This document shows, piece by piece, positions 14,523-22,218 of a stretch of 34,660 nucleotides of DNA. Within the stretch, counting starts at the first letter, position 1, and each line of letters begins with the position of its first letter. The translations under genes were made by a program, and so were the position numbers. The DNA is from a virus: the IMG/VR virus record IMGVR_UViG_3300017720_000026; one strand, given 5' to 3'. The notes beneath the pieces were generated by a model that was not told the origin of the DNA, did not search any database, and worked only from the letters and a program-made list of their open reading frames with translations.

Positions 14523-16156
14523 TGCTCCAGTCTAACTTCATAAGCAAGGCACCCTGCCCCTCCTGTCGTAGTAACGGAGAAGATAAGACGGGGGATAACC
14601 TCGCAGTCTACGATGACGGGCATGGGTACTGCTTTAAGTGCGGTCATATTGAGAGGGACGGGGGTGCAACTCCCCCTCCCACTGAAAACCTGGGACGGTC
14701 CCAGAAAACGAGAGGATTGGAAATGTCCGGCACATCAGGACCCATCAAGGATAGAAATATATCTCAACGAATAGTCGAGAAGTTTGGGGTAACTCTTGAG
14801 GACGACAAGCATCACTACCCCTACTATGACAAGGACACTGGCAACCTAGTGGGAACCAAGGTCCGTAATGTAAATGCAAAAGATTTTTATACCACCGGAA
14901 CACTGGAAAACACTGGCTTGTTTGGTATGAGCCACTGGGCCAGCGGTGGTAAGTTCATCACGGTCACGGAGGGGGAACTAGATGCTCTCGCCGTGGCCGA
15001 GATGTTCGACGGCAAGTGGCCCGTGGTCAGCATCAAACGGGGTGCCTCCTCCGCATCCAAAGACATCAAGGAGAACCTTGAGTGGCTGGAGACATTCGAT
15101 AAGGTGGTCATCTGTTTTGACAACGATGCCGCTGGACAGAAGGCCGCTGATGAGGTGGTCTCTCTGTTCTCTCCCAACAAGGCTAAGGTAGTACGTCTGC
15201 CCATGAAGGACGCCGCCGATATGCTGACGGCAGGGAGGGTGCAGGAGTTCGTCAAGTGCTGGTGGGACGCTAAGGAATACAAGCCAGCAGGAGTGGTCTC
15301 GCTGTCCGACGAGGTATGTTGGGATGCTTTTGTCACCCGTGGCAAGGCAGAGATCATACCCTTCCCTTCCACCTTCGGTACTCTCAACAAGATGATGAAC
15401 GGTGGCATGGCCGCTGGTGAGGTCACGGTGATAGGTGCCTTGACCTCCGTAGGTAAGACTACCTTCGTCACCAACCTACTCTATGGTATGTACAAGGAGA
15501 CCAACCGTAGGATCGGAGCGGTGTTCCTTGAGGCATCCATAGGTGAGATTACGGAGAACGTAGTGGGTGTAGTGGGTGGCACCAATATCAAGGTGATACC
15601 TGAGGAGGAGCGGGACTACAGTTCGTACCGCCCTCACTATGAGGAACTACAGGAGACCGACAGGATACACCTTGACGACCATGCCGGAGCCTCAGACATC
15701 GAGGACTTGTTCTCTCGTATGAGGTATCTAATCAAGGGTATGGACTGTGAAGTGTTGATTCTTGATCCACTACAGGCGGCAGTGCAGTCCAATGAGAACG
15801 GGATGATCGACTCCTTTATGGACAGGTGCCTGAAGCTGGCCAAGGAAACCAATGCGGCCATCATCATCGTGTCACACCTACGCAAGCCCAGCGTTAAGGA
15901 CCCTCACGATGTCAACGAGTACGACATGAAGGGGTCCGGTTCGATCAATCAGATCGCATTCAATACCATACTCCTGAGCAGGGACAAGATGTCGGAGGAC
16001 GACTACGCTAGGAACTGTACCAAGGTGCAGCTAGTGAAGTGCCGCCGCACGGGACGCACGGGACACGCTGGATGGCTGTACTATGAGGACGATACCTCCC
16101 GTATGGTAGCGGGTGTGGCACCTGAGGTACAGGAGGTGGCCCATGAAGAGTTCTAA
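14522..16156 (+). CDS. Bifunctional DNA primase-helicase (T7 gp4-like)
   Basis: Zinc finger CPSC-x21-CFKC, TOPRIM VICFDNDAAGQKAA, Walker A GALTSVGKTTF, Walker B VLILDPLQ, and an acidic C-terminus ending in Phe (VAHEEF). Confidence 0.9.
   Translation: MLQSNFISKAPCPSCRSNGEDKTGDNLAVYDDGHGYCFKCGHIERDGGATPPPTENLGRSQKTRGLEMSGTSGPIKDRNISQRIVEKFGVTLEDDKHHYPYYDKDTGNLVGTKVRNVNAKDFYTTGTLENTGLFGMSHWASGGKFITVTEGELDALAVAEMFDGKWPVVSIKRGASSASKDIKENLEWLETFDKVVICFDNDAAGQKAADEVVSLFSPNKAKVVRLPMKDAADMLTAGRVQEFVKCWWDAKEYKPAGVVSLSDEVCWDAFVTRGKAEIIPFPSTFGTLNKMMNGGMAAGEVTVIGALTSVGKTTFVTNLLYGMYKETNRRIGAVFLEASIGEITENVVGVVGGTNIKVIPEEERDYSSYRPHYEELQETDRIHLDDHAGASDIEDLFSRMRYLIKGMDCEVLILDPLQAAVQSNENGMIDSFMDRCLKLAKETNAAIIIVSHLRKPSVKDPHDVNEYDMKGSGSINQIAFNTILLSRDKMSEDDYARNCTKVQLVKCRRTGRTGHAGWLYYEDDTSRMVAGVAPEVQEVAHEEF
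14690..14704. promoter_or_regulatory. Palindrome site E: CTGGGAC-G-GTCCCAG, inside the primase-helicase gene
   Basis: Perfect 7+1+7 palindrome. It shares aaaCCTGGGAC.GTCCCAGAAAA with site C and lies exactly 18 nt before the in-frame ATG 14723, with GAGAGGA between. Confidence 0.8.
14723..16156 (+). CDS. Predicted internal-start isoform lacking the zinc finger (gp4B-like, 477 aa)
   Basis: In-frame Met68 is preceded by the same palindrome / A-run / SD cassette, at the same spacing, as two independent gene starts. T7 gp4B initiates at Met64, just after the zinc-binding domain. Confidence 0.35.
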   Translation: MSGTSGPIKDRNISQRIVEKFGVTLEDDKHHYPYYDKDTGNLVGTKVRNVNAKDFYTTGTLENTGLFGMSHWASGGKFITVTEGELDALAVAEMFDGKWPVVSIKRGASSASKDIKENLEWLETFDKVVICFDNDAAGQKAADEVVSLFSPNKAKVVRLPMKDAADMLTAGRVQEFVKCWWDAKEYKPAGVVSLSDEVCWDAFVTRGKAEIIPFPSTFGTLNKMMNGGMAAGEVTVIGALTSVGKTTFVTNLLYGMYKETNRRIGAVFLEASIGEITENVVGVVGGTNIKVIPEEERDYSSYRPHYEELQETDRIHLDDHAGASDIEDLFSRMRYLIKGMDCEVLILDPLQAAVQSNENGMIDSFMDRCLKLAKETNAAIIIVSHLRKPSVKDPHDVNEYDMKGSGSINQIAFNTILLSRDKMSEDDYARNCTKVQLVKCRRTGRTGHAGWLYYEDDTSRMVAGVAPEVQEVAHEEF

Positions 16157-16319
16157 AGAAGAGGGGGTGGGGATAGCAGGGACAATGGACCAGGATGTTC
16201 CCGTTGGGATGTTCAAGTGTAACTACTGTGGCTCTGTCCATGAGACCCCTGAGGTAGCCAAGGCAGTACCTATGCAGTTCTGGTGCAGTAAAGATTGCTG
16301 GGAGAAGGACAATGCCTAA
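16143..16319 (+). CDS. Small zinc-ribbon-like protein (58 aa)
   Basis: AGGAGG RBS. ATG 16143 lies inside the end of the helicase gene. Contains CNYCGS...CSKDCW. Confidence 0.5.
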   Translation: MKSSKEEGVGIAGTMDQDVPVGMFKCNYCGSVHETPEVAKAVPMQFWCSKDCWEKDNA

Positions 16320-16758
16320 AGTACCTGCTAGAAATCCTTATGATAGAAAACATCATTCAAGGCTGAGATCAAGAAGGGACTCTTATATTTTAAGAAAGAC
16401 AGGAGGTACGTGTGAGTTGTGTAAAGATCACTGGCCTTCGGACATACTTTGTTTTCATCATCTTAATCCCGAAGATAAAGAGTTTGGTTTGGATGTAAGA
16501 AAATGGAGAGCTAAATATTTAACTAATGTCTTGAAGGAAGCTGATAAGTGTGCTATCTTATGTATGAACTGTCACGCTCTAGAACACAAAGCTCTAAACA
16601 GAGGTGAGACTTTAATCAATGACCCAGACGCTTATCTTAGATATAGAAACCACCGCTTTACAAAACAGCCAGACCTCTTCGATAGAGCGGATATGGATGA
16701 TAGGAACGATGGACCTAGAGACGAAGATCAAGAAGAGTTTCCTTACGCCTTCGTTTAG
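16312..16758 (+). CDS. HNH endonuclease (homing-endonuclease-like)
   Basis: CELC...LCFHHLNPEDKEFG...CMNCHALEH is a classic HNH/beta-beta-alpha-Me motif. GC is much lower than in the flanking genes. The 3' 140 nt overlap the DNA polymerase start in another frame. Confidence 0.85.
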   Translation: MPKVPARNPYDRKHHSRLRSRRDSYILRKTGGTCELCKDHWPSDILCFHHLNPEDKEFGLDVRKWRAKYLTNVLKEADKCAILCMNCHALEHKALNRGETLINDPDAYLRYRNHRFTKQPDLFDRADMDDRNDGPRDEDQEEFPYAFV

Positions 16759-18364
16759 TGACGCAACAGAGATACAGGAGTACATCAATGGATATTCTAC
16801 TGTGGTTGGTCATAACATTATTGGGTTTGACAGTCCTGTAATGAACGACCTGTTGGGAATTACACTGCCTAACGTAGTTGATACCCTTGTTTTGTCCCGA
16901 CTGTACAACCCTCAGATGGAGGGAGGACATTCACTCAGGGCATGGGGGGAGAGACTAGGGTTTCGGAAGGGAGATCACGACGACTGGTCTACCCTGTCGG
17001 ATGAGATGATTGAGTACTGCGAGAGAGACTTGGACGTTACTGCCAAGCTGTACACTGAACTAACTGAAAAGCTGGAGGAGTTTCAGGGAGAGTCCATAGA
17101 ACTAGAACATGAAGTGCAACGTATTATAACTAAGCAGGAGAACAATGGATGGGAACTAGATGTTGAACGAGCGTTTGATATACAGGCAAAACTTAAGCAG
17201 CGAAGCATGGAAGTGGAGAGGGAGGTTCATAAAAGGTTCACGCCTCTTGCGGTCTTCGATAAGGAGGTCACTCCCAAATATAACAAGGACGGAAGCCTTA
17301 GTGTGGTTGGGCTTAAGTTTCTTGGGGATCGGTATACTGATGTGGCTGGTCCATTTAGTAGAGTTTCTTTTCCCGAATTTAATCTAGGGTCAAGACAACA
17401 GATAGCCCGTCACCTACAGTTCTTTGGGTGGAAGCCTAAGTTGTTTACTGAGAAGGGACAGGCCATCGTAGACGAAGGAGTTTTATCCAGGGTTGATATA
17501 CCTGAGGCCAAGCTAATCGCAGAGTATCTACTGATACAGAAGAGAACGGCACAGGTGCAGTCATGGATAGAAGCGGTAGAGGAGGATGGTAGGGTCCACG
17601 GTAGGGTCAACCCTATCGGTGCAGTGACGGGGCGTATGACACACAGCAGCCCCAACATGGCACAGGTCCCCGCCTCTTACTCTCCATACGGTACTGAATG
17701 CCGTGAGTGTTGGACAGTACCAAAAGGTTACAGGCTTGTGGGTATTGATGCCGCTGGCCTGGAGTTGAGAATGTTAGCCCACTACATGAATGATAAGGAG
17801 TACACAAATGAAGTCACAAATGGAGATGTCCATACAGCCAATCAAAAAGCTGCTGGACTTGCAACAAGAGACCTCGCTAAAACTTTTATCTATGCTTTCC
17901 TCTACGGCGCAGGAGACGCCAAAATCGGAACTATTGTTGGAGGTTCTAAGCGAGACGGAGCAAAACTTAAGGAGAAGTTTCTCTCTAACACACCGTCTCT
18001 TCGAGATTTACGCGAAAGGGTTTCACGATCTGCGCGGAGAGGATACCTCAAAGGACTCGACGGAAGAAAACTAGTACTGCGGAGTGAACACGCCGCCTTG
18101 AATACACTTCTACAGTCAGCAGGTGCAATAATAATGAAGAAGTCCTTGACGATACTTGATGAGTATGCTACAATACATAATATAGAGTACAAGTTTGTAG
18201 GTAATATTCACGATGAGTTTCAAGTGGAGGTCAAAGAGGACCAAGCAGAGAAGCTAGGCTGGCTGGCCGTAGAGTGTATCAAGGCTGCTGGAGATCGGAT
18301 GTCGCTTAAATGCCCACTGGACGGAGAGTACAAGGTGGGACAATCGTGGGCAGAGACCCACTAA
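16619..18364 (+). CDS. Family A DNA polymerase with 3'-5' exonuclease domain (T7 gp5-like)
   Basis: Exo I LILDIETT, Exo II GHNIIGFD, Exo III YCERDLDVT; pol motif A VGIDAAGLELRMLAH, motif B RDLAKTFIYAFLYGAG, motif C GNIHDEFQVEV. Confidence 0.9.
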   Translation: MTQTLILDIETTALQNSQTSSIERIWMIGTMDLETKIKKSFLTPSFSDATEIQEYINGYSTVVGHNIIGFDSPVMNDLLGITLPNVVDTLVLSRLYNPQMEGGHSLRAWGERLGFRKGDHDDWSTLSDEMIEYCERDLDVTAKLYTELTEKLEEFQGESIELEHEVQRIITKQENNGWELDVERAFDIQAKLKQRSMEVEREVHKRFTPLAVFDKEVTPKYNKDGSLSVVGLKFLGDRYTDVAGPFSRVSFPEFNLGSRQQIARHLQFFGWKPKLFTEKGQAIVDEGVLSRVDIPEAKLIAEYLLIQKRTAQVQSWIEAVEEDGRVHGRVNPIGAVTGRMTHSSPNMAQVPASYSPYGTECRECWTVPKGYRLVGIDAAGLELRMLAHYMNDKEYTNEVTNGDVHTANQKAAGLATRDLAKTFIYAFLYGAGDAKIGTIVGGSKRDGAKLKEKFLSNTPSLRDLRERVSRSARRGYLKGLDGRKLVLRSEHAALNTLLQSAGAIIMKKSLTILDEYATIHNIEYKFVGNIHDEFQVEVKEDQAEKLGWLAVECIKAAGDRMSLKCPLDGEYKVGQSWAETH

Positions 18365-18367
18365 TTT

Positions 18368-18382
18368 CTGGGACGATCCCAG
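18368..18382. promoter_or_regulatory. Palindrome site F: CTGGGA-CGA-TCCCAG
   Basis: Starts 4 nt after the polymerase stop codon (18362..18364). It lies 16 nt before ATG 18399 with an AGGAGAG RBS between. Confidence 0.75.
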
Positions 18383-18398
18383 AATATAGGAGAGTATA

Positions 18399-19289
18399 AT
18401 GGAAAAGAACATGGATACCCTAGTCGAAGACATCTATACCCTCATGGTCAACAGAAACACTGGCGATGGTGTGGACGTTGAGGAGGAAATAGACAAATTC
18501 GGAGAGGCCATGAAGGAAATCATGCGTAAGGAGTTCCTTCCAGGTGGACGTAGGGACGGTAGGAAACTACGCCTTTCCTCAGTGGGTAAAAATGATCTTA
18601 TCCAATGGTTCTCCTACAACGGCTACAGGGGTGAGCGTATCCAACCCCACACTCTTATCAAGTTTATGTATGGTCACATGATTGAGGAGATGATCCTGCT
18701 TCTTGTCCGTCTCACCGGACACAAGGTAACGGATGAACAGAAGGAAGTGTCCGTTGGTGGAGTCAGGGGTCACATGGACTGTAAGATTGATGGCACTGTG
18801 GTTGATGTTAAGTCCACTACTAAGTTTGGTTTAATGAAGTTTAACGATAGAACCCTAGCCGCAAAAGATGACTTTGGTTATGTCGATCAGATCAAAGCAT
18901 ACGCCCATGCGGAGGGAGATCGTAAGTGGGCATGGCTTGCTATGGACAGAGACAGCGGTAAGCTGGCTGTTCTTGAGTATGACTTGGACAACACAAGTGA
19001 TCCTATGTACGAGCATTTCTCAGGGGATATTGAGGAAAGGATTGAGCATGTAAAAAAGTCTGTAAAGCAGGAAGACCGACCTTCAAGATGCTATTCTCCC
19101 GAAGAGGATGGGAAGTCAGGCAACTTAAAACTGTGTACTACCTGCTCTTATTGCCAGTACAAAAAGTTTTGTTATCCAGAAGTCCGCGCATTTCACACTG
19201 GCTCAGGTCCAAAGTTTTTAACTACCGTAGTAAACGTCCCTAAGAACCGTCAGGGTAAACCTTATCCTGAAATTAACCTAGATGAATAG
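18399..19289 (+). CDS. PD-(D/E)XK nuclease with a C-terminal Cys cluster (Cas4/RecB-like exonuclease)
   Basis: GHMDCKIDGTVVDVKS matches D...(D/E)xK. The C-terminal CTTCSYCQYKKFC (C-x2-C-x2-C-x5-C) suggests a metal or Fe-S site. Confidence 0.7.
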   Translation: MEKNMDTLVEDIYTLMVNRNTGDGVDVEEEIDKFGEAMKEIMRKEFLPGGRRDGRKLRLSSVGKNDLIQWFSYNGYRGERIQPHTLIKFMYGHMIEEMILLLVRLTGHKVTDEQKEVSVGGVRGHMDCKIDGTVVDVKSTTKFGLMKFNDRTLAAKDDFGYVDQIKAYAHAEGDRKWAWLAMDRDSGKLAVLEYDLDNTSDPMYEHFSGDIEERIEHVKKSVKQEDRPSRCYSPEEDGKSGNLKLCTTCSYCQYKKFCYPEVRAFHTGSGPKFLTTVVNVPKNRQGKPYPEINLDE

Positions 19290-19298
19290 GAGAATACA

Positions 19299-19481
19299 AT
19301 GATTGAATTTAAAGTTATCAACACCCCACGCCATGACCGTTTCGAGCAACAGGTAACTGAGTTACTTAATGACGGGTGGACCCTACACGGAACACCCTTT
19401 GTGGCTCAGACAGGAGGTATGACCCAGGCCCTTACAAAAGAAACCAAGGTAAAGAAGAGTGCCTCCAAAGTATCGGAATAA
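19299..19481 (+). CDS. Small conserved phage protein (DUF1737-like)
   Basis: MIEFKVIN...FEQQVTELLNDGWTLHGTPF resembles the DUF1737 pattern. The family name is from memory. Confidence 0.5.
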   Translation: MIEFKVINTPRHDRFEQQVTELLNDGWTLHGTPFVAQTGGMTQALTKETKVKKSASKVSE

Positions 19482-19827
19482 GTTCGAGGAGACAGCAGGT
19501 CTCTTACTGAAGAAGTACTGTAAGTATGAATCAGAGAAGGTCCCTTATGTCATCCACAAGAATTACATCCCTGACTTTGTAGGGAGAAACGATAAGAACA
19601 AAATAGATATTCTTGTGGAGGCTAAGGGATACTTCAGAGTCGGTGACACACAGAAGTACAAAGCAATACGGGACAGTCTACCAAAGAAAAGACAGTTAGT
19701 TTTTCTTCTGTATAACCCAAACAAAAAACTAAGGAAGGGAAGTAAAATGAATATGTCAGAATGGTGTGATAAGGAAGGGTTCAAGTGGTACACATTGGAG
19801 GACATTACCGATGCCTTTATCAAATGA
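19459..19827 (+). CDS. Endonuclease I (T7 gp3-like Holliday-junction resolvase)
   Basis: ...VPYVIHKNYIPDFVGRNDKNKIDILVEAKGYF... matches T7 endonuclease I (VPYVI...YTPDF...FVETKG). GTG start overlapping the upstream ORF. Confidence 0.75.
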   Translation: MPPKYRNKFEETAGLLLKKYCKYESEKVPYVIHKNYIPDFVGRNDKNKIDILVEAKGYFRVGDTQKYKAIRDSLPKKRQLVFLLYNPNKKLRKGSKMNMSEWCDKEGFKWYTLEDITDAFIK

Positions 19828-20005
19828 ACAGTTCATTCGGAGACTTGCAGCTATTACTGATCCTGAATTTCTTTGTGACTTTCTGGACATTACCAGTGAA
19901 GATATCCTTGAGAGATTTGAGGACATAGTTGAGGACACTATGGATAACCTGCGACGAGAGTTTGATGTTGACATTCAAGATGAAGAGGAGTATAATAATG
20001 AATAG
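19811..20005 (+). CDS. Hypothetical acidic protein (64 aa)
   Basis: GGAGGA RBS. MPLSNEQFIRRLAAITDPEF... I preferred this internal start to the track's 19766. Confidence 0.5.
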   Translation: MPLSNEQFIRRLAAITDPEFLCDFLDITSEDILERFEDIVEDTMDNLRREFDVDIQDEEEYNNE

Positions 20006-20294
20006 GAATGAAGTTCTTAGAGAAGCTCAGACTATCTTAAATGGCCAACGTGCCAACGACTATGGAGATGCTTACGACAATCACAAACGTATTGCTGCTC
20101 TATGGAACACATACCTAGACGAAGAGTACGGACTAAAACCAGAGGACGTTGCAGTTATGATGATACTTCTTAAGGTAGCTAGGTTAGTTCATAAGCATAC
20201 TTCGGATAGCTTTGTGGACATAGCAGGGTATGCTGCTCTAGCAGAAGAAATGTCCAGTACTGAAAATGTTATTGAGTTTACCCCTGAAAGGTAG
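19998..20294 (+). CDS. Conserved phage protein (DUF6378-like)
   Basis: MNRNEVLREAQTILNGQRANDYGDAYDNHKRIAALWNTYL...DVAVMMILLKVARL fits a widespread phage family of unknown function. GAGGAG RBS. Family name from memory. Confidence 0.55.
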   Translation: MNRNEVLREAQTILNGQRANDYGDAYDNHKRIAALWNTYLDEEYGLKPEDVAVMMILLKVARLVHKHTSDSFVDIAGYAALAEEMSSTENVIEFTPER

Positions 20295-20299
20295 CGCAC

Positions 20300-20506
20300 A
20301 TGGATATGGATTTAGAAGAACAGTATTTTGCTGAGTTAGTAGATGAGGAAGAGTTACCTCCTGAGTTTTATTCTTGGTTAAAAGACTTATCAAAACTTAA
20401 TAACAGAAAGACTTCTTTTTTTATAGCTCTTGCACTGGAAGAAATGTTTATAAGGTTTACTCAGGGTCCTGATTTCCCTGAGGAACATGCCATAACCCAT
20501 CACTAA
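20300..20506 (+). CDS. Hypothetical acidic protein (68 aa)
   Basis: ORF-track protein. Confidence 0.5.
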   Translation: MDMDLEEQYFAELVDEEELPPEFYSWLKDLSKLNNRKTSFFIALALEEMFIRFTQGPDFPEEHAITHH

Positions 20507-20517
20507 GGAAACTAAAT

Positions 20518-22218
20518 ATGTACGGAAGAAACTCAGTAGGACCACAAGTTAAACCTTGCGATGACCTCCATGCCATGAAGTATCGGTTGGCTAATGAGAG
20601 CTTTGAGGAGGCCATCAGTAGACAAGCGGGAGCAATGTCAGATGATGAAGAACATCGTAAATCGTATAAAGAAATTACTATGGACATGCGGTTCCTTCCT
20701 GCGGGGAGAGTCCAGTCCGCAATGGGAAGTCCTAGGAATGTTACAGCACTCAATTGTTTTGTTAGTGGGTCTATTGAAGACTCTATGGACTCGATCATGC
20801 AAAGAGCCAGTGAAGCTGCTGAGACGATGCGTAGAGGAGGCGGGATTGGCTATGATTTCAGTCTTATTCGCCCTAGCGGTGATCGTATTGTTTCTCTTGA
20901 CAGTTCCGCTAGTGGGCCTGTATCTTTTATGCACATCTTTGATGCAGTCTGCCGAACGATTGTCTCAGCGGGACATAGACGAGGGGCTATGATGGCAGTG
21001 CTTCGAGTGGACCACCCTGATATTGAGGAGTTCATTCGAGCAAAGAAGAACGACAAGGACTTGACCAACTTCAACATCTCCGTAGGTGTTACCGATGAGT
21101 TTATGAGAGCAGTAGAGAAGGACGGAGACTTTGACCTTAAGTTTAGTGGTAAGGTCTACAACACAATCAACGCCCGTATGTTGTGGGACGAGATCATGCG
21201 TAACAACTGGGACTGGGCAGAGCCAGGGGTCATCTTCATTGACCGTGTTAATGAGGACAATCCTCTATGGTACTGTGAGGACATTGATGCCACTAACCCC
21301 TGTGGTGAACAACCTCTACCTCCCTTTGGTGCCTGTCTTCTGGGGTCCTTTAATCTTCCACGGTACATCACTCCCGACTTTGAGTTTGACTACGAACAGT
21401 TCAATGCAGATGTTCCCCATGTTGTACGTGCTATGGATAACGTCATTGATCGTACACAGTACCCCCTTGAGGAGCAGCGTAAGGAGCATCAGAGGACCCG
21501 TAGGATAGGCATAGGGATCACTGGCCTAGCCAACGCCTTCACTCTTATGGACCTCTCCTATGGCTCTCCTGAGTCCGTTAAGTTTACCAAGAAGATTATG
21601 AAGACGCTGACCCATGCCTGTTACGAGGCAAGCTCAGACCTTGCAGTGGAGAAGGGATCATTCCCTAAGTTCAAGGAGACGGGGTATTTGGAGAGTGGTT
21701 TTGTATCTAAGTTTCCTGAAGAACTAAAGGCAAAGATTAAGAAGCAGGGCATGAGAAACAGTCACTTGATTTCCATAGCACCCACAGGAACCATCAGCTT
21801 TACCGCCGACAACGTAAGCAGCGGGATTGAACCTGTGTTTGCCTTGGAGTACGACAGGACTGTACAGTTACCAGAAGGTCCCGTCATTATGAAGATGAAG
21901 GACTACGTACATGACAAGTATAATCTACAGGGTGAGGTAGCCAACGACCTGTCAGTAGACGACCACCTTGCCATTCAGATCGCAGTGCAGCCCTTCGTAG
22001 ACAGTGCGTGTTCCAAGACTATCAACGTAGGGGACGCAGTAACCTTTGATGAGTTTAAGGATGTGTACATGAAGGGATGGAAGGGTAAGCTAAAGGGTGT
22101 GACTACCTTTAGACTGGCAGGTAAACGCTATGGTATTCTTAATGTGGCCGATGAACCACAGACAGAAGGTGCCGCCTGTTACATTGACCCCGAGACTGGT
22201 ACAAAAGAATGCGGTTAA
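20518..22218 (+). CDS. nrdJ: Class II (adenosylcobalamin-dependent) ribonucleotide reductase
   Basis: GGGIGYDFSLIRPSGD and ATNPCGEQPLPPFGACLLGSFNL are class II signatures. C-terminal redox pair CYIDPETGTKEC. 566 aa. Confidence 0.85.
   Translation: MYGRNSVGPQVKPCDDLHAMKYRLANESFEEAISRQAGAMSDDEEHRKSYKEITMDMRFLPAGRVQSAMGSPRNVTALNCFVSGSIEDSMDSIMQRASEAAETMRRGGGIGYDFSLIRPSGDRIVSLDSSASGPVSFMHIFDAVCRTIVSAGHRRGAMMAVLRVDHPDIEEFIRAKKNDKDLTNFNISVGVTDEFMRAVEKDGDFDLKFSGKVYNTINARMLWDEIMRNNWDWAEPGVIFIDRVNEDNPLWYCEDIDATNPCGEQPLPPFGACLLGSFNLPRYITPDFEFDYEQFNADVPHVVRAMDNVIDRTQYPLEEQRKEHQRTRRIGIGITGLANAFTLMDLSYGSPESVKFTKKIMKTLTHACYEASSDLAVEKGSFPKFKETGYLESGFVSKFPEELKAKIKKQGMRNSHLISIAPTGTISFTADNVSSGIEPVFALEYDRTVQLPEGPVIMKMKDYVHDKYNLQGEVANDLSVDDHLAIQIAVQPFVDSACSKTINVGDAVTFDEFKDVYMKGWKGKLKGVTTFRLAGKRYGILNVADEPQTEGAACYIDPETGTKECG

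Noticed and set aside
14887-15474. 195-aa antisense ORF inside the primase-helicase gene, and similar long shadow ORFs in polymerase and RNR.
   Set aside because: They lie in GC-rich coding regions whose sense frames carry unambiguous enzyme motifs. Such regions typically give spurious antisense ORFs.
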